Part shown: in pieces, positions 30,750 through 39,891 of the stretch
How the letters are laid out: each line of letters begins with the position of its first letter
How positions within the stretch are numbered: position 1 is the stretch's first letter
DNA from: Chthoniobacterales bacterium
GTDB lineage: Bacteria; Verrucomicrobiota; Verrucomicrobiia; Chthoniobacterales; Chthoniobacteraceae
Direction of reading: 5' to 3'
Length of the DNA: 64,000 nucleotides
Assembly: GCA_038207335.1 (NCBI GenBank)
Contig: JBBQZX010000001.1
Span: 96,001 to 160,000 of the forward strand
Made by a program: the position numbers and the translations under genes
Notes under the pieces: generated by a model
The model's input: only the letters and a program-made list of their open reading frames with translations
Databases searched by the model: none
What the model was told of the DNA's origin: nothing

Positions 30750-32201
30750 GTGAAACGTCTTCCGAAGCTGCTCTTGATCGCGCTCGTGGCGCTGGTGGCG
30801 CTGGGCGCTGTGCTCCTGCTGGGGCTGAATCTTTATGTGCAATCGCCAGCGACGCAGGGGCGGATCCAGGCGGAGCTGAGCAAGGCGCTGAAGCTGCCGC
30901 TGGTGATCACGAATACGAGTCTGACGCCGTGGAGCGGGATGAATATCAATGGGATCACGGTGCCTGCGGATGGGGGGAATTTCCTGGAGGCTGCGAGCTT
31001 TGGCGCGCACTACAAGCTGCTGCCGCTCCTGCGCAGACGGCTAGTGATTTTCGACGTGAAGCTGGAGCAGCCGAAGATCGTGTGGCGACAGAACGCGGAT
31101 GGAAAATGGGTGCTGCCCGGGCTGGCAAAGAAGGCGGCGCCGGGCGAGCAGAAGCCGGTGAAGAAGGAGGAGAAAAAGTCGGGCGGCGGCTTCGAGGTGG
31201 AGCTGACTGAGCTGAGGATCGTGGGCGGCTCGGTGGATATGCTGGATGTAAACGGCAAATGCGCGGCGCGGCTGGTGGGTGCGGACCTGAACTATGTGAT
31301 CGAGTCGGCGACGAAGGGGCGGGGGACGCTGGTGGCGTCGCGGCTGACGGCGGGGACGCTGGGGTTTGAGACGGTGACGGGCGAGTTCAAGTATGATGCG
31401 GGGGTGGTGACGATCCCGGCGCTGGAGGGGACGCTCGCGGGGGGCAGTGTGAAGGGGACGCTGGAGCTGCGGCCGGATGAAGCGAAGGGGCCGTTCACGA
31501 TGTCGCTGGCCTGGGACAAGGTGGATGCGGCGACGCTGAGCACGGATGCGGGCTGGGAGAAGGGGCAGGTGTCGGGGACGCTGGGCGGTGAGTTGGAGCT
31601 GCACGGGCGGCTGAAGTCGCTGGATAAGCTGGAGGGAAGCGGGAAATTCTCGATGGCGAATGGACAACTGAAGCAGCTCGATTTTTTCCAGACGATCGGG
31701 CAGCTCCTGCAGATCGAGGGGCTCTCGAATCTGCGGCTGCAGCGCGGGGTGACGACGTTTCGGATCGCGGATGAGCGGGCGTATGTGGAGGAGTTCGTGC
31801 TCGAGACGCAGGACATCCGGCTGTCGGCGGAGGGGCAGGTGAAGATGGACGGGAAGATGGCGCTTGATGCACGGCTGGCGTTGTCGCCGGGGCTGGCGAA
31901 GGATTTGCCGACGTTCGTGCGGCAGAGTTTTGTGGATGTGGATGCGGAGGGGCGGTCGGGGGTCGCGTTTCGGATCACGGGGAAGACGGATCGGCCGAAG
32001 ACGGACCTCGCGGAGAAGCTGGTGGGGAGGAAGCTCGGAGATCAGTTTGGGAATGTGCTGTCGAAGCTCTTTGACACGAAGGCGGACGACAAACCGAAGG
32101 AGGAGCCGAAGAAGAAAAAGAAGAAGGATAAGAGCAAGCCGGCGACCGACGAGCCCGCCGCCCCGGTGACAAAGGTGGAGCCGGTGGCGCCCGCGCAATG
32201 A
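30750..32201 (+). CDS. AsmA-family (lipid-transfer-like) envelope protein
   Basis: N-terminal TM anchor, beta-rich repeats, C-terminal FRITGKTDRPKTDL typical of the AsmA_2 region. Confidence 0.75.
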   Translation: MKRLPKLLLIALVALVALGAVLLLGLNLYVQSPATQGRIQAELSKALKLPLVITNTSLTPWSGMNINGITVPADGGNFLEAASFGAHYKLLPLLRRRLVIFDVKLEQPKIVWRQNADGKWVLPGLAKKAAPGEQKPVKKEEKKSGGGFEVELTELRIVGGSVDMLDVNGKCAARLVGADLNYVIESATKGRGTLVASRLTAGTLGFETVTGEFKYDAGVVTIPALEGTLAGGSVKGTLELRPDEAKGPFTMSLAWDKVDAATLSTDAGWEKGQVSGTLGGELELHGRLKSLDKLEGSGKFSMANGQLKQLDFFQTIGQLLQIEGLSNLRLQRGVTTFRIADERAYVEEFVLETQDIRLSAEGQVKMDGKMALDARLALSPGLAKDLPTFVRQSFVDVDAEGRSGVAFRITGKTDRPKTDLAEKLVGRKLGDQFGNVLSKLFDTKADDKPKEEPKKKKKKDKSKPATDEPAAPVTKVEPVAPAQ

Positions 32202-32761
32202 GGGTGGTGGCGGGGAGCGCGGGCGGGCTGCCGCTGGTGGTGCCGAAGTGCGAGCTGCGTCCGACGATGGATCGCGTGAAGGCGGCGATTTTCTCGAGTC
32301 TAGGGGGGCTGGTGGAGGGGGCGCGGGTGATGGATCTTTTCGCGGGCTCGGGGAGTCTCGGGATCGAGGCGCTGAGTCGCGGGGCGGCGTCGGCGACGTT
32401 CGTGGAGCTGGAGCGCGCGGGGGTGGAGGCGATCGAGCGGAATCTGGAAAAGACGCGACTGCAGGGGACGGTGCGGCAGTCGGATGTGTTCCACTTTCTC
32501 GACAAGATGGCTGCGCCGGGGAGCTGCGAACTGATCTTCGCCGACCCGCCGTATGCGAAGCAAAAAGGAGACAGGGATTTTACGCCGGAGCTGGTCGCGA
32601 ACGCGGCGCTGCACGCGGCGCTCGCGCCGGGCGGAGTCTTCGTGCTGGAGCATCTGCCGGGTGCCGCGCTCACGCTCGGGTCGCGCTGGGAGTGCATCCG
32701 TCAGAAGCGCTATGGCGCGACCGAGGTGGCATTTTTACGCGCACTCCCAGCCGCCCCGTGA
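32198..32761 (+). CDS. rsmD: 16S rRNA m2G966 methyltransferase
   Basis: MRVVAG, LRPTMDRVK, DLFAGSGSLGIEALSRGA, FADPPY, RYGATEV. Confidence 0.95.
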   Translation: MRVVAGSAGGLPLVVPKCELRPTMDRVKAAIFSSLGGLVEGARVMDLFAGSGSLGIEALSRGAASATFVELERAGVEAIERNLEKTRLQGTVRQSDVFHFLDKMAAPGSCELIFADPPYAKQKGDRDFTPELVANAALHAALAPGGVFVLEHLPGAALTLGSRWECIRQKRYGATEVAFLRALPAAP

Positions 32762-34080
32762 ACTCCTCCGCCGTTCTGCCAGCGGATGCGCGCCGCTCGC
32801 TGTTCATTTACAATCTGCTCTTCCCCATCGCGCTGCTCGCGATGCTGCCGGGGCTGCTGCGGCGGATGCTGCGGCGCGGGAATTTTCGCGAGAACTTCGG
32901 GCAGCGGCTCGCGCGATACGGGGCGGGGGAATGCGCGCGGTTTGCGGAGGGGGAGTGGGTATGGATCCACTCGATCAGCGTCGGCGAGACGCTCATCGCG
33001 CTGAAGCTCGCGCGGGAGTTAAGGCGGCAGAACCCCGCGCTGCAGGTGGCGATCTCGGTGACGACTTCGACGGGCTTCGCGCTCGCGCGGCAATCGCTCG
33101 AGCCGTGGCTGGAGACGATCTACAATCCACTCGACGCGAGCGCGTTCGTCCGAACTGCGCTCGATACACTGTGCCCGCGACGCGTGATTTTCATCGAAGG
33201 CGAGGCGTGGCCAAATCTCGTGGCTGAGTGCAGGCGGCGCGGCATCCCCACGGCGCTCGTGAATGCGCGACTGTCGCCGCGGAGCGAGGGGAGATTTCGG
33301 CGATTCCGGCGCTGGACGGGGCCGATCTTCCGGCTCGTGGATCTCGTGTGCGTGCCGGAGGTGGAGGACATCGCGCGATGGGAGAGCATCGGCGTCCCGG
33401 CGGAAAAAGTGCGGCACACAGGGAGCATGAAGTTCGACCTCGCCGCGTCCGTCGCGGAGTCGCGTGCCGGGGAATTTCGCGCCCTGCTCGCGGCCTCTGA
33501 CATCGCTCCCGACGCGCCGCTCATCGTTGGCGGCAGCACATGGGCGCCGGAAGAATTTGCCCTCGGCGAACACCTCCTCGAGCTCCGCCGCGACTTCCCC
33601 TCGCTCCTCCTCATCCTCGTCCCGCGCCACATCGAACGCACCGCCGAAATCCTCCGCCAGCTCGCGCCCCTCGGCCTCCGCATCGCCCGCCGCACCGCGC
33701 TCCCGTCTGCCGAGCCATTCGACATCCTCCTCGTCGATACCACCGGGGAACTTCGGGACTGGTATGCCCTCGCCACCGTCGCTTTCGTCGGCAAAAGCCT
33801 CCCCGGCGTCTCCGATACCGGTGGCCAAAACCCCGCCGAACCCGCCGCCCTCGGCAAGCCCACGCTCTTCGGCCCGCACATGGAAAACTTCATCTCCATC
33901 GCCGCACACCTACTCGCCACGCAAGCCGCCGCACAAGTCCCCTCAGCCGCCGCGCTCCTCCCGTCCCTCCGCGCCCTCCTCGCCTCTCCCGCCGAGCGCG
34001 CCGAGATGTCCACCCGCGCCCGCACCGCCCTCCTCCCTCATCAAAACGCCACCACCCGCACCGCCGCTCTCCTCACGTAG
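32758..34080 (+). CDS. waaA: 3-deoxy-D-manno-octulosonic acid (Kdo) transferase
   Basis: WIHSISVGE, EGEAWPN, NARLS, GSMKFD, LVPRHIER, DTTGEL, GGQNPAEPA, FGPHMENF. GTG start overlaps the rsmD stop. Confidence 0.95.
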   Translation: MNSSAVLPADARRSLFIYNLLFPIALLAMLPGLLRRMLRRGNFRENFGQRLARYGAGECARFAEGEWVWIHSISVGETLIALKLARELRRQNPALQVAISVTTSTGFALARQSLEPWLETIYNPLDASAFVRTALDTLCPRRVIFIEGEAWPNLVAECRRRGIPTALVNARLSPRSEGRFRRFRRWTGPIFRLVDLVCVPEVEDIARWESIGVPAEKVRHTGSMKFDLAASVAESRAGEFRALLAASDIAPDAPLIVGGSTWAPEEFALGEHLLELRRDFPSLLLILVPRHIERTAEILRQLAPLGLRIARRTALPSAEPFDILLVDTTGELRDWYALATVAFVGKSLPGVSDTGGQNPAEPAALGKPTLFGPHMENFISIAAHLLATQAAAQVPSAAALLPSLRALLASPAERAEMSTRARTALLPHQNATTRTAALLT

Positions 34081-34159
34081 CATCCACCTCTGCCCAGCGC
34101 ACTCGCGCTGCGGCCGGCCTCAGCCATAGGGCAAACTTCCCCTCCCGCAGGAAAACTGC

Positions 34160-34188
34160 TTGCCACCTTGCCGGCGCGTTCCCATATT
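34160..34188 (+). promoter_or_regulatory. Possible sigma70-type promoter of tRNA-Glu
   Basis: TTGCCA-17 nt-CATATT about 25 nt upstream of the tRNA. Confidence 0.35.
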
Positions 34189-34212
34189 CCCGCGCTCAAT
34201 TCCGCAAGGAAA

Positions 34213-34284
34213 GACCCTATCGTCCAGTGGTTAGGACACCGCCCTTTCACGGCGGTGACACGGGTTCGAATCCCGTTAGGGTCA
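34213..34284 (+). tRNA. tRNA-Glu (TTC), CCA not encoded
   Basis: Acceptor stem GACCCTA/TAGGGTC; D-arm GTCC/GGAC; anticodon arm CCGCC-CT TTC AC-GGCGG; T-arm with GGTTCGAATCC; followed by CTT instead of CCA. Confidence 0.97.
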
Positions 34285-34335
34285 CTTGTATTCATCAGGG
34301 TTTGCAGGCGCTCGGCTTGATTGCATGTCAAAAAC

Positions 34336-34690
34336 ATGACAACGTGGTCTGTGAAAGTTCGCCCAAATCGCGTCAGACTCACCAATCCCATTGAAGTAAA
34401 GGCCGGCAGTGCCGTCGTGAAAATTTACCAGATCATCAATCGGGGCCGGATCCTCTACACGGTCACCCACTATCCGACGACCGGGCAGCGGAAGCGTCAG
34501 AATTTTGCTGACCTGAAGGAAGCCAAAGCTGAGGCGTACCGGCTCGCCGCGAATCTCCGAAAAGGAGACATTGAGGTGCTCAAGCTCTCGAATAAAGACC
34601 GCAGTAGCTACCTGCACGCGCTGGCCGAGATCGCGCCGACGGGGCGCAATTTGGAACTGGCAGCCACGGAGTTCGCTGGAGCCAGGCGCG
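34336..34690 (+). pseudogene. Truncated tyrosine-integrase N-terminal region
   Basis: Lies right inside the att site. Sequence (VKIY...YTVTHY..GQRKRQNFADLKEAKAEA...DRSSYLHA...LELAATEFAGAR) resembles the N-terminal arm region of tRNA-targeting integrases; no catalytic domain follows. Confidence 0.65.
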
Positions 34691-34851
34691 CCTCACGGTC
34701 GAAGAGTTCGTGGCCGACTGGCTGCTCAAGCAGCGCGGCTGGCCGGAGCATTCTGAGCGCTTCGTGAAAGTCTATTTCGCCGACGAGCCCGACATCCCTT
34801 CCCGGAGAAGAGGTTGCTGAAGGACTTCCTGCCGTGACGGCGGCCCTCCAC

Positions 34852-34901
34852 TCCCCGGCACCGCTCGACGCCCGGCCCGCTTCCGGCGAGGCGCGGTGAA
34901 A
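34852..34901 (+). repeat. Island module repeat, copy 1
   Basis: 41/50 identical, ungapped, to 36299-36348 by manual alignment. Confidence 0.85.
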
Positions 34902-34942
34902 AGTGAATTCCTAGAAGCCAGCAGCCGTGACATAACGATGTC

Positions 34943-36259
34943 GTGAAACTTCTCCTCCTTCTCGCCGCTTTCGCTGCCCCGCTCCATGCCGACGACTGGC
35001 CGCAATGGCTCGGCCCGCAACGCGATGCCGTCTGGCGAGAGACGGGCATCGTCGAGAAGTTTCCCGCGGACGGGCCGGCGGTTCGTTGGCGCGTGCCGAT
35101 CGGTGGCGGTTACTCCGGTCCCGCCGTGGCGGACGGGCGCGTCTATGTCATGGATCGCCAACTCGCGAAGGACGCGAGCAATCCGAAGAACGCCTTTGAT
35201 CGCAGTCGCATCCCCGGCTCGGAGCGCGTGCTTTGTCTCAACGAAGCCGACGGCAAACAGCTCTGGGCGCACGAATACGATTGCCCGTACACAGTCAGCT
35301 ACGCCGCAGGGCCGCGCACCACGCCGCTGGTCAGCGGCGGAAAAGTGTACACGCTCGGTGCGGAGGGGAATCTGTGCTGTCTCGATGCGACGACGGGCCG
35401 CGAAATCTGGGCGCGCGATTTTAAAAAGGACTTCGGCATCCCCACGCCGATGTGGGGCTTCGCCGGGCATCCGCTGCTCGACGGGCAAAAGCTCATCTGC
35501 CTCGCGGGCGGCGAGGGCAGCGTCGCCGTGGCCTTTGACAAAGACACGGGCAAGGAACTCTGGCGCGCGCTCAGCGCTCGGGAGCCTGGCTACGCGCCGC
35601 CGGTCATTTACGAAGCGGGCGGCAAGCGCCAGCTCATCATCTGGCATCCGCAGGCGCTGTGCTCGCTCGATCCGGAGACCGGCTCGCTTTATTGGTCCGA
35701 GCCGGGGAAAGCCAACGCCGGCATGACCATTGCCACCCCGCGCCAACTCGGCGATCTGCTTTACGTCACCTCCTTCTACAACGGCTCGGTGATGATGCGC
35801 CTCGCCGCCGACAAGCCCGCGGCCACGAAGATCTGGCAGAGCGCAAAGGCCAGCGAACGCGACACCACCGAGCTCCACACGGTCATGTCCACGCCCTTCC
35901 TCGAAGACGGCTACATCTACGGCACCTGCAGCTACGGCCAACTCCGTTGCTTGAAAGTGGAGACCGGCGAGCGTGTCTGGGAAACCTTCGCCGCCACGAC
36001 CGGCGACAAGCCCGTGCGCTGGGGCAACGCCTTCCTCGTCAAGAACGGCGACCGCTTTTTCATCTTCAATGAAAAGGGCGATCTCATCATCGCCAAGCTC
36101 TCGCCTGCGGGCTACGAGGAGATCAGCCGCGCCCACCTGCTCGACCCGACGAACACCGATCCCGGCCGCCCAGTCGTCTGGTCGCACCCGGCCTTCGCGA
36201 ACCGCAGCGTCTATGCGCGCAACGACCGCGAAATCGTCTGCGCCTCCCTCGCGAAGTAA
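34943..36259 (+). CDS. PQQ-binding-like beta-propeller (BamB-like) secreted protein
   Basis: Signal peptide, DDWPQWLGPQRD, GGGYSGPAV, repeated LDxxTGxxxW, WSHPAFANRSVYARND. Confidence 0.9.
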   Translation: MKLLLLLAAFAAPLHADDWPQWLGPQRDAVWRETGIVEKFPADGPAVRWRVPIGGGYSGPAVADGRVYVMDRQLAKDASNPKNAFDRSRIPGSERVLCLNEADGKQLWAHEYDCPYTVSYAAGPRTTPLVSGGKVYTLGAEGNLCCLDATTGREIWARDFKKDFGIPTPMWGFAGHPLLDGQKLICLAGGEGSVAVAFDKDTGKELWRALSAREPGYAPPVIYEAGGKRQLIIWHPQALCSLDPETGSLYWSEPGKANAGMTIATPRQLGDLLYVTSFYNGSVMMRLAADKPAATKIWQSAKASERDTTELHTVMSTPFLEDGYIYGTCSYGQLRCLKVETGERVWETFAATTGDKPVRWGNAFLVKNGDRFFIFNEKGDLIIAKLSPAGYEEISRAHLLDPTNTDPGRPVVWSHPAFANRSVYARNDREIVCASLAK

Positions 36260-36298
36260 ACTCGGTCGTAGCGCAGCGATTCGTTCAGACCCCCTCAT

Positions 36299-36348
36299 TC
36301 CCCGGCACCGCCCGACGCCTGCCCGACTTCCACCGCGGCGTGGTGAAA
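36299..36348 (+). repeat. Island module repeat, copy 2
   Basis: TCCCCGGCACCGCCCGACGCC...GGCGTGGTGAAA, about 40 nt after the propeller gene stop. Confidence 0.85.
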
Positions 36349-36699
36349 GCAAATTGCTGGTAGTTACTAACGGCAGCTCCCTATCGCGGCGGGGCGAATG
36401 ACGCAAGCAACTGCCGGGGCAACTTAGAATACTTTTCGCCTGCCGCGCAGCTCGGGTTGACCGCGACAAGAGACGCCAGGACGGCATGAACACTTCCCTC
36501 TACTTCAGCAATCTGGTGTTCGTCGATTTCCTGAAAGACCCGATCAATTTCGGCTACTTGAAGCCAGCAAAGTGCGGCAGATTGTCACCAGGAATACCGC
36601 TACGCCGACCGGGTCGCGTGAGTGCGCGGCGGCGGATGTTTGCACCAAGGAAACCGGATACCGTGGGTGACTGAGCGTCATTCCGTGATATTCGCCGCC

Positions 36700-39327
36700 A
36701 TGCTTTCATCCGCCTATCCCACCTTGCTCCTCGTTGTTGGCGTGATCCTCGAGATTTCCGGGGTGGCAGCGCGGGGACAGGTGGTGATCAATGAGCTGCA
36801 TTTCGCGCCGAAAGATCGGACGAAGCCGCTGGAGTTTGTGGAGCTTTTAAACGCGGGCGATGCGGAGGTGGGGATGGGCGGGTGGAAGTTTGCGAGCGGC
36901 GTGAAGTTCAGCTTTCCGGCGGGGATGAAGATCGCGCCGAAGGGGTTTCTGTGCGTGGCGGCGAATCCGGCGGCGTTTGAGAAGGAGTATGGCTTTGCGC
37001 CGCTCGGGCCTTGGGAGGGGAAGCTGAAGAATGGGGGGGAAAAGCTGCTGCTCGCGGATGCTGGCGGCACGAAGGTGGATGCGGTGACATTCGGCGTGGG
37101 GCATCCGTGGCCGACGGAGGCGCGCGGTCGCGGGCCGTCGCTGGAGCTGGTGAATGCGAATCTGAATCGCGCGGCGGCGGGTTCGTGGCGCGCGGGCGGG
37201 CCGACTCCGGGCAAGGTGAATTCGGTGGCTGCAGATAATGCGCCGCCGTGGATCAATGAAGTGGCACATCTTCCGGCGCAGCCGAAAGCAGGCGCGGCGA
37301 TCCCGATCACGGCGCACGTGAGCGATTCTGATGGAGTGAAGTCGGTGACGCTTTTGTATCAAATCGTGGAGCCGGGCGCTTACATCCGGCGGTCGGACGA
37401 GGCTTACGAAAAGAGCTGGGTGGAGATGCCGATGCGCGATGACGGGCAGGAGGGTGATTGCGTCGCGGGCGATGGCGTGTTCACGGTGATGCTGCCGGCG
37501 TCGGTGGCGGTGCATCGGCGGCTGGTGCGGTACCGGATCGCAGCGGTGGATGGGAAGGGCTTGCGCGGGCAGGTGCCGGGAACAGGCGATTCGGTGCCGA
37601 ACTTCGCGCTATTCATCTACGACGGCGTGCCGGCTTGGAAAGGTTCGGTGCAGCCGGGAAAAGCGGAACCGCTGACGTTTCCGCCCGAGTTCTTCGGGAC
37701 GCTGCCGAATTTTCATCTGCTCGCCAATGCCGACGACGTGGAGCACTCGCAGTGGGACGGCGGCTGGAATCATCGCAAATGCACCGGCACGCTGGTCTTC
37801 GACAGCGTCGTTTACGACCACATCACATTTCACAATCGCGGTCGCGCTTCGACCTACAACACGGGCAAAAACAAGTGGGGTTTTAAACTGCCGAACGGCC
37901 ACGAACTTGCGATGCGCGATCCGACTGGACGCCCGGTGAAGCAGCGGTGGAATTCTTTTTCGATGAATGCCTGCGCGAGTCCCTGGATCGCTGTGAACCG
38001 CGGCATGGCGGGACTCGACGAATGGTTTTCATCGCGCATCTTCGCGCTCGCGGGCGCCCTTTCGCCGCGCTATGTGCCGGTGCAATTCAGGGTGATCGAT
38101 CACGCCGAGGAAGCGTCGGGGACGGATCAGTATGCGGGCGATCTGTGGGGACTTTATACGGCGATCGAGGACCCGGATGGGCCTTTTCTGGATGAACGGA
38201 AGCTGGCGGACGGCTCAGTCTATACGAGCGAGTCCGGCGAGAAGGAACATCAGGGTGCGACGCAGCCGGCGGATCGTTCGGATTTCGATGAATTCATGAA
38301 CCGTTCGCGCGGCGATCAGCCCGAGCAATGGTGGCGCGAGAACTTGAATCTGGCTGCCTTTTACAGCTTCCGCGCGGCGAATCGTATCGTGGGAAATGTC
38401 GATCTGCGCGAGGGCTGCAATCACTACTTTTACCACGCTCCAGATGGGCACTGGGTGCCGATCCCATGGGACCTGGACATGATGCTGGTGCCGCGGACGC
38501 ATCAGTCCGGTCGGATCGACCAGGAGCGCGCGCTCCAGCACGAAGCGTTGCGGATCGAATACGGAAATCGCTGCCGGGAATTGCTCGATTTGCTCGTGGG
38601 CGACGCCTCGCCGCGCGGCGGCCAGGTGGGCCAGCTGGTGGCGGAATATGCGTCGCTGATTCAGCCCGCCGGCCAGCCGCGGAGTTGGGCGGAGTTGGAT
38701 GAAGCGATGTGGAACTTTCACCCGCGCACGAACGACAAGGGCGGCTTTTATCGCAATCCGGCTCCCGACAATCGATCCGGTGGGCCTTGGGAGCGGAAGC
38801 TGGCGACCGCGGACTTCGCCGGGATGTGCCGCTACGTGCTCGAATACGCCAGTAACGCGCGCCCGGTGAACTCGCCGTGGAAGCTGAACGACGGTGATCC
38901 GCGCGGCTACGGCTACGGGTATCTCGCCGACGACGCAAACGATCCGAAGGCACCCGCGCGCCCGACGATCGCCTACGCGGGCACGCCCGGATTTCCGGCC
39001 AATGCGCTCGCGTTCCAGATCTCGGCGATTCAGGACCCGAAGGGTGCCGCACCGTATGCCGCCGTGCAGTGGCGGCTGGGCCAGATCGCCGCGCCGGACG
39101 TCACGGGTTGGGCACTCGGTCAGCCGTGGATTTACGAGATCGAACCGCTGTGGACGTTCGCGGAAATCGCGCCATTTTCACCGCGTATGGAGGTTCCCGG
39201 CCACCTGCCGCGACCCGGCTCCACCTACCGCGCGCGCGTGCGAATGAAGGATGCGAGCGGTCGCTGGAGCCGGTGGAGCGAGCCGGTTTCGTTCGTGGCG
39301 GGACCGCCGGTGACGGCTCTGAAGTAG
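36700..39327 (+). CDS. Lamin-tail-domain / CotH-kinase protein (island cargo)
   Basis: Signal peptide; VVINELHFAP LTD; MRDDGQEGDCVAGDGVF; RGRASTY..GKNKW; NVDL...NHYFY...IPWDLDM; Ig/FN3-like C-terminus (WSRWSEPVSF). Confidence 0.85.
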   Translation: MLSSAYPTLLLVVGVILEISGVAARGQVVINELHFAPKDRTKPLEFVELLNAGDAEVGMGGWKFASGVKFSFPAGMKIAPKGFLCVAANPAAFEKEYGFAPLGPWEGKLKNGGEKLLLADAGGTKVDAVTFGVGHPWPTEARGRGPSLELVNANLNRAAAGSWRAGGPTPGKVNSVAADNAPPWINEVAHLPAQPKAGAAIPITAHVSDSDGVKSVTLLYQIVEPGAYIRRSDEAYEKSWVEMPMRDDGQEGDCVAGDGVFTVMLPASVAVHRRLVRYRIAAVDGKGLRGQVPGTGDSVPNFALFIYDGVPAWKGSVQPGKAEPLTFPPEFFGTLPNFHLLANADDVEHSQWDGGWNHRKCTGTLVFDSVVYDHITFHNRGRASTYNTGKNKWGFKLPNGHELAMRDPTGRPVKQRWNSFSMNACASPWIAVNRGMAGLDEWFSSRIFALAGALSPRYVPVQFRVIDHAEEASGTDQYAGDLWGLYTAIEDPDGPFLDERKLADGSVYTSESGEKEHQGATQPADRSDFDEFMNRSRGDQPEQWWRENLNLAAFYSFRAANRIVGNVDLREGCNHYFYHAPDGHWVPIPWDLDMMLVPRTHQSGRIDQERALQHEALRIEYGNRCRELLDLLVGDASPRGGQVGQLVAEYASLIQPAGQPRSWAELDEAMWNFHPRTNDKGGFYRNPAPDNRSGGPWERKLATADFAGMCRYVLEYASNARPVNSPWKLNDGDPRGYGYGYLADDANDPKAPARPTIAYAGTPGFPANALAFQISAIQDPKGAAPYAAVQWRLGQIAAPDVTGWALGQPWIYEIEPLWTFAEIAPFSPRMEVPGHLPRPGSTYRARVRMKDASGRWSRWSEPVSFVAGPPVTALK

Positions 39328-39357
39328 ATCGCTGGACTGCGCCGTTGCACCACCGGG

Positions 39358-39530
39358 ATGCCGCCGCAGACGCCGACGCTCGGAGGCAGTTGGTCCACGG
39401 TCACACCGTTTCCAAATCTCACGTTCCAGAACCAGATGCGCATCGTGTTGATGTCGAGATAGAACAAAGTGGTCGTGTGGAAGCGCGAGGGACGGTTGTA
39501 TTCCTTCGACAAAAACGTTGCTGGCGGACG
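39358..39530 (+). pseudogene. Remnant of a glucose/sorbosone-dehydrogenase-like (PQQ) protein N-terminus
   Basis: MPPQTPTLGGSWSTVTPFPNLTFQN...*NKVVVWKREGRLYSF, with in-frame TAG at 39460-39462; FPNLTF and (E)REGR are typical GSDH-like N-terminal motifs. Confidence 0.55.
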
Positions 39531-39700
39531 TGAGCGCGAATTGCCGGGGATGGGATGACTCGGGGCTGATGGGGGATCGCGTTCATCCGCAGTTCGACCC
39601 CAGCGGCAGGCTAGTCGCAATTGCTACCCCTTCATGTGATACACTTTAGCCGACATGGCGCAGGGCAGCGCCACTTCGTCCGCCGAATCAGCCCCCTCGC

Positions 39701-39740
39701 TCCCCGACACAGTCCGAGGCCCGGCGCGGTGCGATGAAAA
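39701..39740 (+). repeat. Island module repeat, copy 3 (11-nt internal deletion)
   Basis: TCCCCGACACAGTCCGAGGCCCGG-[11 nt gap]-CGCGGTGCGATGAAAA aligns to copy 1. Confidence 0.65.
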
Positions 39741-39822
39741 GCAGATGTCTGTAGTAACAGGCTCGCCGGTATCCAATCGCAAACACGCGGCTTACGGAAA
39801 TTCACCCACTTTTACCTCAACC

Positions 39823-39850
39823 AGGCCAGCCCTCACCGGCTGGCCTTTTT
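39823..39850 (+). promoter_or_regulatory. Hairpin with CTCACC loop upstream of the WGR-ligase gene (terminator-like)
   Basis: AGGCCAGCC-CTCACC-GGCTGGCCT-TTTT. Confidence 0.7.
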
Positions 39851-39891
39851 GCATCAACCCAAAGCCACAACCAAGAAAGGCACACACCAAC

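Noticed and set aside
36486..36674. Short ORF and fragment-like frames in the island (also 42410-42650)
   Set aside because: Possibly gene remnants, but I cannot assign a family or support them as genes.
34852..39740. Classical integron
   Set aside because: No IntI-type integrase and no attC core pairs; reported instead as an unexplained repeat system.
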